From positions 1,408,001-1,472,000 of the forward strand of contig CAVOFT010000001.1 in assembly GCA_963695095.1 (NCBI GenBank): a stretch of DNA of 64,000 bases, given 5' to 3'. Each line of letters opens with the position of its first letter. Within the stretch, counting starts at the first letter, position 1. The stretch comes from an uncultured bacterium (lineage in GTDB: Bacteria; Krumholzibacteriota; Krumholzibacteriia; JACNKJ01). Below are positions 1 to 8,384 of this stretch, piece after piece. The translations under genes were made by a program, and so were the position numbers. Under the pieces are notes generated by a model, which was given only the letters and a program-made list of their open reading frames with translations, was not told where the DNA came from and did not search any database.

Positions 1-92
1 GGCGGCCTACTACCCGGGCACGCGCCTCGCGCGGCGCTGGCATTGAAGGTTGCAAGTCCTTGTGGAGGGATCGCTTGGGCCGGCGGGGAGGC

Positions 93-121
93 TTGACAGC
101 CCAGGGCGGCTTTGCTACCTT
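93..121 (+). promoter_or_regulatory. sigma70-type promoter for tRNA-Asp
   Basis: TTGACA (93-98), 17-bp spacer, TACCTT (116-121) preceded by an extended -10 TG; lies 18 bp upstream of the tRNA. Confidence 0.7.
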
Positions 122-139
122 GCGCCCCTGCCTGTGCTG

Positions 140-214
140 GGGGGCGTAGTTCAGCCTGGTTAGAACGCCTGCCTGTCGAGCAGGAGGTCGCGAGTTCGAA
201 TCTCGTCGCTCCCG
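140..214 (+). tRNA. tRNA-Asp (GTC)
   Basis: Cloverleaf: acceptor GGGGGCG/CGCTCCC, anticodon arm CCTGC-CTGTCGA-GCAGG, T arm GCGAG-TTCGAAT-CTCGT, discriminator G; CCA not encoded. Confidence 0.97.
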
Positions 215-238
215 CCCTGCGCCATCGGGCGCCTGAGG

Positions 239-270
239 ACTCCCGCAAACCCTTGCGGGAGTTTTCGTTT
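239..270 (+). terminator. intrinsic terminator after tRNA-Asp
   Basis: ACTCCCGCAA-ACCC-TTGCGGGAGT perfect 10-bp stem followed by TTTCGTTT. Confidence 0.8.
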
Positions 271-324
271 GGGGAAATGCCTGGAGTCTCGACAGCCCGG
301 CGCCCCGGGCGCTAGACTGCTGCC

Positions 325-1488
325 ATGAACACTTCGCGCCCACGCTGCCGCCTTTGGCCGACCGCGCGCCTTGCCGCCGCCCTGCTCCTCGCCCTGCCCG
401 GCTTCGTCGCCGCCAGCAGCTACCTGGTGCTGCCCGACGGCAGCGGCGACACGCCATCCATCGCGGCGGCCCTGCGCCTGGCCGTGAGCGGGGACCTGAT
501 CGAGCTGGGCGACGGCGTCTTCAGCGGGATCGGCAACACGGGGCTGGACTTCGCGGGCAAGAGCATCACCCTGCGCTCCCGCAGCGGAAATGCGGAGGCC
601 TGCGTGCTGGACGCCGGGGCGGGCCCCGCGTCGCCGGGGCGCAGCTTGAGCCTCGTCACCGGTGAGACGGCGGGCGCCGTCATCCAGGGCATCGGCTTTC
701 GCGGCGGCTTCCTGGCGGACGCCGATGGCGCCGCGCTCCTGCTCGTCGGCAGCCGCGCGCGGATCCGGAACTGTCGTTTCAGCGGCAACACGGCGCCCAA
801 GGGCGCTGCGGTCTTCGTTGCCGGCGGCGCGCCGAGCTTCGAGGGCTGCGTCTTCGTGGGCAATGTCGCCGGCATCGCTGGCGGCGCCCTGGCGGTGACG
901 GCCGGCGCGCAGGTGACGGCGACGAACTGCCGCTTCACGGCGAACAGCGCGGCCTACGGCGGGGCGCTGATGGCCGATGCGGCGGCGCTCACGCTCGAGA
1001 GCTGCGTGCTCGTCGCCAACAGCGCCAGCGCGCGGGGCGGCGGCCTCTACGCGGGCGATCAGGCGGCCTTGTCGCTGACGCGCTGCACGCTGGCCTTCAA
1101 CGAGGGCGTGACGGCGGGCGGCATCGCCCTCGCCACGATGAGCAGCTTGAATCTCCAGCACTCGATCATCGCGTTTTCGCCCGCCGGTGAGGCCGTGGAG
1201 CTTCGCTTCGCGAGCACGGCGAGCGTGAGCTGCAGCGACCTCTTCGGCAACGCGGGCGGGGACTGGACGGGCGCACTGGCCGCGCTCGCCGGACAGGCCG
1301 GCAACCTCGGCCTCGATCCCGAATTCTGCGGCGATGCCGCCAGCGGCGACCTGAGCCTCTCGGCGGGGAGTCCCTGCGTGGCCCCGCCCGGCTGCGGGCG
1401 GATGGGCGCTCTGGGCGTGGCCTGCGCCAAGCGGGGCGTGAGCGTCCTGGACTTCGGCCGCATCAAGCAGTTCTACGGCGGCGACTAG
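325..1488 (+). CDS. secreted right-handed parallel beta-helix (pectin lyase-like) repeat protein
   Basis: Signal peptide; repeated 'C.F..N.A..GGA' turns; 'DPEFC..DLSLSAGSPC...MGA' tail; ends SVLDFGRIKQFYGGD. Confidence 0.8.
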   Translation: MNTSRPRCRLWPTARLAAALLLALPGFVAASSYLVLPDGSGDTPSIAAALRLAVSGDLIELGDGVFSGIGNTGLDFAGKSITLRSRSGNAEACVLDAGAGPASPGRSLSLVTGETAGAVIQGIGFRGGFLADADGAALLLVGSRARIRNCRFSGNTAPKGAAVFVAGGAPSFEGCVFVGNVAGIAGGALAVTAGAQVTATNCRFTANSAAYGGALMADAAALTLESCVLVANSASARGGGLYAGDQAALSLTRCTLAFNEGVTAGGIALATMSSLNLQHSIIAFSPAGEAVELRFASTASVSCSDLFGNAGGDWTGALAALAGQAGNLGLDPEFCGDAASGDLSLSAGSPCVAPPGCGRMGALGVACAKRGVSVLDFGRIKQFYGGD

Positions 1489-1514
1489 GTCGCTCGGGAA
1501 AGGACCCGGCGCGC

Positions 1515-2516
1515 ATGAGCCCAAGCTCCGGCAAGATGCCGCGCATCGTCGTGACCGGCGGTGCGGGATTCATCGGCAGCAATCTCGTGCGCTCGCTCAA
1601 TGCGGCGGGCGAGCGGGACATCCTCATCGTCGATCATCTGGGGACAGGCGAGAAGTGGCGGAACCTGCTGGGCCTCGCCTACGCCGACTACCTGGACAAG
1701 GCGGAGTTTCGCGCCCGTTTCCGCGCCGGGGGGCTCGGCGGGGCACAGGTGGTCTATCACCTGGGCGCCTGCAGCTCGACCACCGAGACCGACGCCGGCT
1801 ACCTGATGGACAACAACACCCGCTACACGCGCGAGCTTTGCGAAGCGGCCCTTGGCGCGGGCGCGCGCTTCGTCTACGCCTCCAGTGGCGCGACCTACGG
1901 CGACGGCGCCCTCGGCTACGACGACGATGACGCGGTGACGCCGCGTCTGCGCCCCCTGAACATGTACGGCTACTCGAAGCAGGCCTACGATCTGTGGGCG
2001 CTGGCGGCCGGCCGCTTCGACCGCATCGTGGGCCTCAAGTACTTCAACGTCTACGGGCCGGGCGAGGACCACAAGGGCGAGATGCGCTCGGTGATGCACA
2101 AGGCCTTCCAGCAGATCCGCGCGCGGGGCACGGTGGCGCTCTTCCGCTCCCATCGCGAGGACTACGCCGACGGCGAGCAGAAGCGGGACTTCGTCTACGT
2201 GGCCGACGCCGTGGCCGTCACGCGCTTCTTCGGCGAGACGGCGGCGCCCGGCGGCCTCTACAACGTGGGCACGGGCACGGCGCGAACCTGGCTGGATCTG
2301 GCGCGGGCGGTGTTCACGGCGATGGACGAAGAGCCTCTGGTCGACTTCATCGCCATGCCCGAGGCCCTGCGCGCGAAGTACCAGTACGAGACGCGGGCGA
2401 CGACGGCCAAGCTGCGCGCCGCCGGCTTCGCCGGCGAATTCCACACGCTCGAGGCGGGCGTGACCGACTACGTGCAGAAGCACCTGCTGCCCGCGGCGGC
2501 GAGGGAGGAGAGCTAG
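1515..2516 (+). CDS. hldD: ADP-L-glycero-D-manno-heptose 6-epimerase
   Basis: TGGAGFIGSN, HLGACSSTTE, PLNMYGYSK, YFNVYGPGEDHKGEMRS, RDFVYV, KYQYET are HldD/RfaD hallmark motifs. Confidence 0.93.
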   Translation: MSPSSGKMPRIVVTGGAGFIGSNLVRSLNAAGERDILIVDHLGTGEKWRNLLGLAYADYLDKAEFRARFRAGGLGGAQVVYHLGACSSTTETDAGYLMDNNTRYTRELCEAALGAGARFVYASSGATYGDGALGYDDDDAVTPRLRPLNMYGYSKQAYDLWALAAGRFDRIVGLKYFNVYGPGEDHKGEMRSVMHKAFQQIRARGTVALFRSHREDYADGEQKRDFVYVADAVAVTRFFGETAAPGGLYNVGTGTARTWLDLARAVFTAMDEEPLVDFIAMPEALRAKYQYETRATTAKLRAAGFAGEFHTLEAGVTDYVQKHLLPAAAREES

Positions 2517-2519
2517 CTC

Positions 2520-3558
2520 GTGCGCGTTCTCGTCACCGGGGGCTCCGGTTTTCTGGGCATCAACCTGATTCGCCACCTGCTCGCGCGGGATTGCCGCGTG
2601 CGCAACCTCGACCTCCTGCCCTTCGACTATCCCGAGGTTTCCGCGATCGAGTCGGTGCAGGGGGACATCCGCGACCGGGCCACGGTGGACCGCTGCATGG
2701 AGGGCGTGGAGGCCGTGGTCCACTGCGCGGCCGCGCTGCCGCTCTACAAGCGCGGCGGAGATCTTCAGCACCGACATCGAGGGCACGCGCAACGTCGTGG
2801 AGAGCGCGAAGGCGCATGAGGCCGGGCGCTGCGTGCAGATCTCCTCGACGGCGGTCTACGGGATTCCGGACCACCACCCGCTGGTGGAGACGGACGCGCT
2901 CGTGGGCGTGGGGCCCTACGGCAAGGCGAAGATCGCGGCCGAGGAGATCTGCGCCGCGTGCGCGGGAGCCGGGCTTCTGCGTGCCGATCCTCCGGCCCAA
3001 GTCCTTCATCGGGCCCGAGCGGCTGGGCGTCTTCGCCCTCTTCTACGACTGGGCGCGCACGGGGCACGGTTTTCCCGTGCTCGGCGACGGCAAGAACCGC
3101 TACCAGTACCTGGACGTGGAGGATCTCTGCGCGGCCATCTGGCTCTGCCTCACGCTGCCGGCCGAGCGCGTGGACGACGTCTTCAACATCGGCGCGCGGG
3201 AGTTCGGCACGGCGGCGGGCGACTTCCAGGCCGTGCTCGACGAGGCCGGCTTCGGCAAGCGCGTCGAAGCCGCTCCCGGCGGGCCCGGCCATCTGCCGTG
3301 CTGCGCGTGCTCGAGGCGCTCAAGCTCTCGCCGCTCTACAAGTGGGTCTACGAGACGGCCAGCAAGGACTCCTTCGTCTCCATCGAGAAGGCTGAAGCCG
3401 TGCTGGGCTACGACCCCCGGTACTCCAACCGCGACGCGCTGCTGCGCAACTACCGCTGGTACCTGGCCAACCTCGATCGCTTCGCCGGCGCCTCGGGCGT
3501 GACCCACCGCGTGCCCTGGAAGCAGGGGGCGCTGGGGCTGGCGAAATGGTTCTACTAG
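2520..3558 (+). CDS. NAD-dependent epimerase/dehydratase (extended SDR), split by 4 apparent +1 frameshifts (~2755, ~2970, ~3266, ~3294)
   Basis: VTGGSGFLG start; SSTAVYG and YGKAK in the next frame; LRPKSFIGPERLG...VFNIG in a third frame; C-terminus ...LAKWFY; the fragments join into one protein. Confidence 0.8.
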
Positions 3559-3573
3559 AATCACTGGAGCGAG

Positions 3574-3777
3574 ATGGCCCACCGCAATTTCATCACCCGC
3601 GTCATCCGCCCTGGTGAACCCGCTCCACCGGACACGGATTGGCTCGCGCTCTCGATTCCGGAACGAGTGGAGGCCGTGTGGAGCTTGACTCGAATCTGCT
3701 ACGCGTGGCGACAGGACGGTGCCGATGAACCAAGACTGGATCGAGCTACTAGCCACATTCAACGCCCACGCGGTTGA
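3574..3777 (+). CDS. small hypothetical protein (67 aa) paired with the downstream nucleotidyltransferase
   Basis: GGAG RBS; 'W...SIPERVEAVW.L' motif; overlaps the start of the next gene. Confidence 0.65.
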   Translation: MAHRNFITRVIRPGEPAPPDTDWLALSIPERVEAVWSLTRICYAWRQDGADEPRLDRATSHIQRPRG

Positions 3778-4180
3778 GTACCTCGTCGTCGGGGCGCACG
3801 CGTTGGCCGCCCATGGCCACGTCAGGGCCACGAAGGACCTGGACGTCTGGGTGCGGCCGGACAGCGAGAACGCAGTGCGGGCGATCCAGGCACTCCGCGA
3901 TTTCGGCGCCCCGCTCCAAGATCTCACCGAGGCGGATCTGGCCTTGCCGGGGCTGGTCTTCCAGATTGGTGTGCCTCCCCTGCGCATCGACATCATCACG
4001 GCGATAGACGGTGTCGACTTCGTGGCGGCCTGGGAGAGCCGGATCACCGTACGACTTGGTGAAACGCTAGTGCCAATCCTCTCGCGGCAGGATCTGATTG
4101 CGAACAAGCGAGCCTCCGGTCGCCTTCAGGACCTGGCGGACCTTGAGCGGCTGGAGGGCTTGGAGGACGGGTCGAAGTGA
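3725..4180 (+). CDS. Pol-beta-superfamily nucleotidyltransferase (DUF6036-like)
   Basis: YLVVGAHA..AHG..RATKDLD (G-A plus DxD), RIDII, DLIANKRASGR.QDLADL. Confidence 0.8.
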   Translation: MNQDWIELLATFNAHAVEYLVVGAHALAAHGHVRATKDLDVWVRPDSENAVRAIQALRDFGAPLQDLTEADLALPGLVFQIGVPPLRIDIITAIDGVDFVAAWESRITVRLGETLVPILSRQDLIANKRASGRLQDLADLERLEGLEDGSK

Positions 4181-4735
4181 GTGCCGGCAGTGGGGCACAT
4201 CGTCCTGCGCGCGAGCTATAGCTTCTGGGACCTGCACGTCGCCATCCAGGACGCGATGGGCTGGCTGGACTACCATCTCCACATGTTCCGACTGCGCGGA
4301 ACGGGCTTAGGGGAGCGCGCCGAGATCGGCATCCCCGACCCCGATGGCGACGACCTCATGCCCTGCCTGGCAGGCTGGGAGGTGCCGCTTGCGGCCTACC
4401 TCGAGCAGGTCGGAGATCGCGCGGTCTACGAGTACGACTTCGGCGACGGCTGGGAGCACGAAGTCACGCTCGAGGAGATCGGCGAGCGCGCGGCCGGTAC
4501 GCGGTACCCCATCTGCCTGGCGGGCAGGCGCGCCTGCCCCCCGGAGGATTGCGGCGGCATCCCCGGCTACGAGGAACTGCTCGCGGCGCTTGGCGATCCC
4601 GCGCACCCGGAGCACGCCGAGTTCCTCGAGTGGGTCGGTGGCGAGTTCGATCCGGAGGCCTTCGATCCCACCGAGGTCGAGTTCGACGATCCGCGATCGC
4701 GCTGGCAGATCGCCTTCAGCGACGCGGACGATTGA
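4181..4735 (+). CDS. plasmid pRiA4b ORF-3 family protein, probably N-terminally truncated
   Basis: LH.AIQDAMGW.DYHLH.F, YEYDFGDGWEH, GRRACPPEDCGG.PGY, FDPEAFD motifs; the usual N-terminal 'L.I.L...PPIWR' segment is absent. Confidence 0.8.
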   Translation: MPAVGHIVLRASYSFWDLHVAIQDAMGWLDYHLHMFRLRGTGLGERAEIGIPDPDGDDLMPCLAGWEVPLAAYLEQVGDRAVYEYDFGDGWEHEVTLEEIGERAAGTRYPICLAGRRACPPEDCGGIPGYEELLAALGDPAHPEHAEFLEWVGGEFDPEAFDPTEVEFDDPRSRWQIAFSDADD

Positions 4736-4809
4736 GCAGGGCGGGCCGGACCCGGTGATTGGCTCTCGTGGGGCCAGCTCGGCCGGGTTCCTGCCAATGC
4801 TCCCGTGCG

Positions 4810-5406
4810 CTACTTGGCGCGGGCGTAGCTGATCTCCATCCACTTGACTTCCAGGTCCGAGCCGGGAGCCGGCCCCCAGAACTCGAAGACGTGCTGGTCG
4901 TCGCCGATGAAGCGCGTGACCAGACGTACCTTGCTCTCCATGCCCATCACCGGATCGACATAGGACCCGTGGCAGACGAGCTCCTTCTTCTGGGCGTCGT
5001 AGTCGCCCTCGTAGCTCATGATCCCGGTGCCCATGGAGTCGAACCAGGTGCCGACGTACTTCTTCTTCCCGTTGTCATAGCCCATCGTGCCGAGCCCCTC
5101 GTAGGGCTGGCCCATCATGGATCCCCGGAAGTGGGACTTCAGATAGCGGCCGCCGAAGATCATCTCCGCCTCTTCGGTGCCCGTGGAAACCATGGGCTCT
5201 CCAGCTGGGTCCTGCCAGGACTTGACGGTGGCGTCCCAGCGCCCGGCGCCCTTGGCGAGCATCGCGTGCGCGGCACCGGGGGCGGCGGCCGCCGCGTAGG
5301 CCTGCATCATGTCGTCCTGGCTCATCTCGGTGGGGTGCTCGTCCTTGGCGAGGGCGCTGCCGGCCAGGGCGGCGCAGACAAGGGCGACGAGGGCAAATGT
5401 GCGCAT
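4810..5406 (-). CDS. secreted DUF1579 family protein
   Basis: Signal peptide after a GGAGG RBS; PG.AH..L....G.W, GGRYL, YEGLGT.GYDN....YVGTW.DSMGT, MEI.Y.R. Confidence 0.85.
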   Translation of the reverse strand: MRTFALVALVCAALAGSALAKDEHPTEMSQDDMMQAYAAAAAPGAAHAMLAKGAGRWDATVKSWQDPAGEPMVSTGTEEAEMIFGGRYLKSHFRGSMMGQPYEGLGTMGYDNGKKKYVGTWFDSMGTGIMSYEGDYDAQKKELVCHGSYVDPVMGMESKVRLVTRFIGDDQHVFEFWGPAPGSDLEVKWMEISYARAK

Positions 5407-5642
5407 CATCATCCTCCGTGGGTTCTGTTCTGGAATCGGCAGTGCTTCGCGAATCGGCAGCAGAGTAACCAAGATCGTCTCGCCTGGCAATCCACCGATC
5501 GGCACGACAAAGGGTATGCAGGTCCCGTGATCCGATGGCGAAGGCTGCGGCAGGCGGCCAGCGACACTCCCTCATTGCAGCACGCGCGGGGCCCGCGCAT
5601 ACTCGCGGCCACCCCTCCTCCGCACCCGAAAGGCAATCACGC

Positions 5643-5954
5643 ATGTCCACCGGCACCGTACGCCTCCACCGCGTGCTCCGCGCGACGCCCGAGCGCGTCT
5701 ACCGTGCCTTCACCGATCCCGACGCCTTGGTCAAGTGGATCCCGCCGCATGGCTTCACCGCCAAGGTCCACCACATGGACGCCCAGGTCGGCGGCACCTA
5801 CAAGATGTCCTTCACCAACTTCGGCACCGAGCTCAACATCGTCCAGGAGGGCATCCCCGCGGTGATTCCCGTGGAGGCCTGCTACCTGGGCTGGCAGGAA
5901 TCGCTGGCACTGCTCGCCCTGCTCGTCGAAGCCGAGATCCCGGACGAAAGCTAG
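5643..5954 (+). pseudogene. SRPBCC/AHSA1-like protein with an apparent in-frame internal deletion (103 aa)
   Basis: N-half VRLHRVLRA.PERVYRAF.DPDA..KW.PP.GF is fused directly to the C-terminal GTELNIVQEG...CYLGWQESL; the central strands are missing. Confidence 0.65.
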
Positions 5955-6039
5955 CACTGCCGCAAACCCATCACTGAGGCCGGTCGGCCCGCCATGCAGG
6001 GGCGGGTTGATTGGAGACCCCTTGACCGGAGGAGACCGC

Positions 6040-7023
6040 ATGCGTCGCATCACGCTGCTGCTGCTGGCAATCGCCCTTGGCACGACGACGGCCCAGGCCC
6101 AGGACCTGCCCGGGAGCAAGGACCATCCCATCATCACGCGCTACCCGGGATCGGCCATCGCCTGGTACCGGGTCGACAACCACCGGCCCTACCGGGTGCC
6201 TACGGGATCCGTGACCGACTATCGGCAAATCGCCGAAGGGATCGACACGGAGGGGCGCCTCACGCGGATCTACTACACCCTGGACGGCGGCGCGCGCAGC
6301 GACGCCGAAGTCTACGAGAACTACCGGCAGGCGCTGGCCGCTGCCGGTTTCGAGATCCTGGCAGCCGGCCGCGAGCCCGCGGGCGCGCGGGGAGCGGGGG
6401 TTGGCAGTCGCAAGTGGCGTGAGGTGCTCTACCTCAGCAATCCCTGGGGCGATACGGCCGGTGCCGTCAACGAGATGGGAAGGGGCTCGGCCACCTCGGG
6501 CGGCGGCGGATCCGTCGTGGCGCGGAAGGAACGCGCGGCAGGCGTGGCCTACGTGATCGTGTCCGTCTATCAATTCCGCGAGGATCGGGTGAGCACGCTC
6601 GTGGATGTGCTCGAGGTCGCGCCTGCACAGACGGGCCTGATCGTCGTCGATGCCGAGGCCATCGGCGCCGGCATCGAGGAGAAGGGACGCGTGGTGCTGG
6701 ACGGCATCCTCTTCGACTTCGACAAGGCCGTGATCAAGCCGGAGTCGAAGCCCGCCTTGGATCAGATTGCGAGCTACCTGAAGGCCCAGTCCGCTCGGCA
6801 GTTCTACGTCGTCGGTCACACGGACACGAAGGGCACGCTTGCTTACAATCGGGAGCTCTCGACGGCGCGCGCGCAGGCGGTCGTGAATGCGCTGGTCGAT
6901 GGCTACGGCATCGCCCGCGGCCATCTGGAAGCGCAGGGCGTGGGACCCTTGGCACCGGTCTTCGCGAACACCGCGGATGCCGGCAGGGAGAAGAATCGGC
7001 GTGTCGAACTCGTGGAGCAGTGA
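6040..7023 (+). CDS. OmpA-family peptidoglycan-binding protein with a DUF4892-like N-terminal domain
   Basis: Signal peptide; D.PGSKDHP.I.RYPGS; ILFDFDKA, VGHTD, N..LS..RAQAV, NRRVELV. Confidence 0.88.
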   Translation: MRRITLLLLAIALGTTTAQAQDLPGSKDHPIITRYPGSAIAWYRVDNHRPYRVPTGSVTDYRQIAEGIDTEGRLTRIYYTLDGGARSDAEVYENYRQALAAAGFEILAAGREPAGARGAGVGSRKWREVLYLSNPWGDTAGAVNEMGRGSATSGGGGSVVARKERAAGVAYVIVSVYQFREDRVSTLVDVLEVAPAQTGLIVVDAEAIGAGIEEKGRVVLDGILFDFDKAVIKPESKPALDQIASYLKAQSARQFYVVGHTDTKGTLAYNRELSTARAQAVVNALVDGYGIARGHLEAQGVGPLAPVFANTADAGREKNRRVELVEQ

Positions 7024-7252
7024 GTTTCCGCTCCACTTCGCGATTGGGAACCTGCGCGCCGAAGCGCGCAACGAAAAGCCGAGCTGCTGCTGCGTCTGAT
7101 CAGGGGCGATCCCTGGGAGCAAGGGCGCCGACGAACACGGGTCAAGCTGGGCGGGACGATGATGCGACTCGAGCTGGCGAGAGGCCTGTGCCGGAGGCCG
7201 CATGATCTGGCGACCCGCGTGGCCATGAAACCAAGGCCGGCACATCAGCATC

Positions 7253-7281
7253 TTGATATGCGGACCTGCCTACCGTACTAT
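7253..7281 (+). promoter_or_regulatory. sigma70-type promoter for the 87-aa orphan gene
   Basis: TTGATA-N17-TACTAT. Confidence 0.6.
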
Positions 7282-7333
7282 CCGCAACCGAGCACGGGGT
7301 CCCGCGGGGAATCCGACTCAGAAAGAGAGAATC

Positions 7334-7597
7334 ATGACCGATCAGCCAGAAAAGACTGAGCTGGAGAGATCAAGAGACATCATCTCGCAACTCAAACAGA
7401 TGCGACACGATGCAGAGAACAACATCAAGAAGCTAGCCGAATTGTGGCTCGTCCTCGATGATGAAATGAAGCACAAGGAGTTCGCGCGCAGAGTCGAGGA
7501 ATTGAGTTCGCACGAGAATGCGTTTCACGGGGCTATCGAGCCGCTCATCGCAGACTACGAGATGGAATGCAACCGCATGGAGAATGAAGCATCGTGA
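7334..7597 (+). CDS. small helical/coiled-coil hypothetical protein (87 aa)
   Basis: Purine-rich RBS, own promoter, charged amphipathic helices; visibly lower GC than flanking genes. Confidence 0.65.
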   Translation: MTDQPEKTELERSRDIISQLKQMRHDAENNIKKLAELWLVLDDEMKHKEFARRVEELSSHENAFHGAIEPLIADYEMECNRMENEAS

Positions 7598-7973
7598 AGG
7601 TGGGGGAGCGTGCGGCCGCGAGCAGGATGGATACCCACTTCACGATGAGGTCTGCGCCATCCGCGACGCTCTCGCCAATTGGCGGATAGTGGCTAGGATC
7701 GCGAGTCAAGGCAGCGGTTGCATCCAGTCACCCGCGCTCGCGGTCTGCTCGTGATCGTGAAGGCAGGTGGCGTGTCCGGTCCAGGGGGGCGGACCTGCGC
7801 CGGTGCGCCCGAAAGTGCGGGGAGCGTGTAGGCGAACCGAGGAAGCCTAGCGCCCCCGTCCACCCGGCGTGGGCCCCAGAGCCTTGGCCCGCTGATCCGC
7901 GCGCAAGCCTGGCGGCGAGCGAGTGCCGGGACGGGCACGGGCAGCAACCGGAGAACATCGAGGAGAGCCAAGC

Positions 7974-8360
7974 GTGAAGCGCGTCACCGGCATCGGCGGC
8001 ATCTTCTTCAAGGCCAAGGACCCGAAGCGCCTCGGGGAGTGGTACCGCGCGCACCTCGGCATGGACGTCCAGGAGTGGGGAGGCGTCACCTTCCGCTGGG
8101 CGTCTCCGGAGAATCCCGCGGGGATGGGAACGACGGTCTGGAGCCCCTTCGCGGCGGATACCGCCTACTTCTCGCCCAGCCAGGCGAGCTTCATGATCAA
8201 CTACCGGGTCGACGACCTGCACGCTCTGCTGGCTCAGCTTCGCAGCGAGGGCTGCGACGTCGATGCCAAGGTCGAGGAGTCGGAGTACGGCAAGTTCGGC
8301 TGGGTCATGGATCCGGAAGGCAATCGCATCGAGCTCTGGCAGCCACCGGAAGGGCAGTGA
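7974..8360 (+). CDS. VOC/glyoxalase family protein
   Basis: GTG start after AGGAG; KRVTGIGGIFFK, FMINYRVDDL, YGKFGW..DPEGNRIELWQP. Confidence 0.92.
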   Translation: MKRVTGIGGIFFKAKDPKRLGEWYRAHLGMDVQEWGGVTFRWASPENPAGMGTTVWSPFAADTAYFSPSQASFMINYRVDDLHALLAQLRSEGCDVDAKVEESEYGKFGWVMDPEGNRIELWQPPEGQ

Positions 8361-8384
8361 TCATTCATGCGCAAGGGGAGGCAG

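Noticed and set aside
140..3573. Prophage or genomic island integrated at tRNA-Asp (also checked at tRNA-Phe and tRNA-Thr)
   Set aside because: No integrase next to any tRNA, no duplicated tRNA 3' end seen, and the flanking genes are housekeeping or envelope genes.
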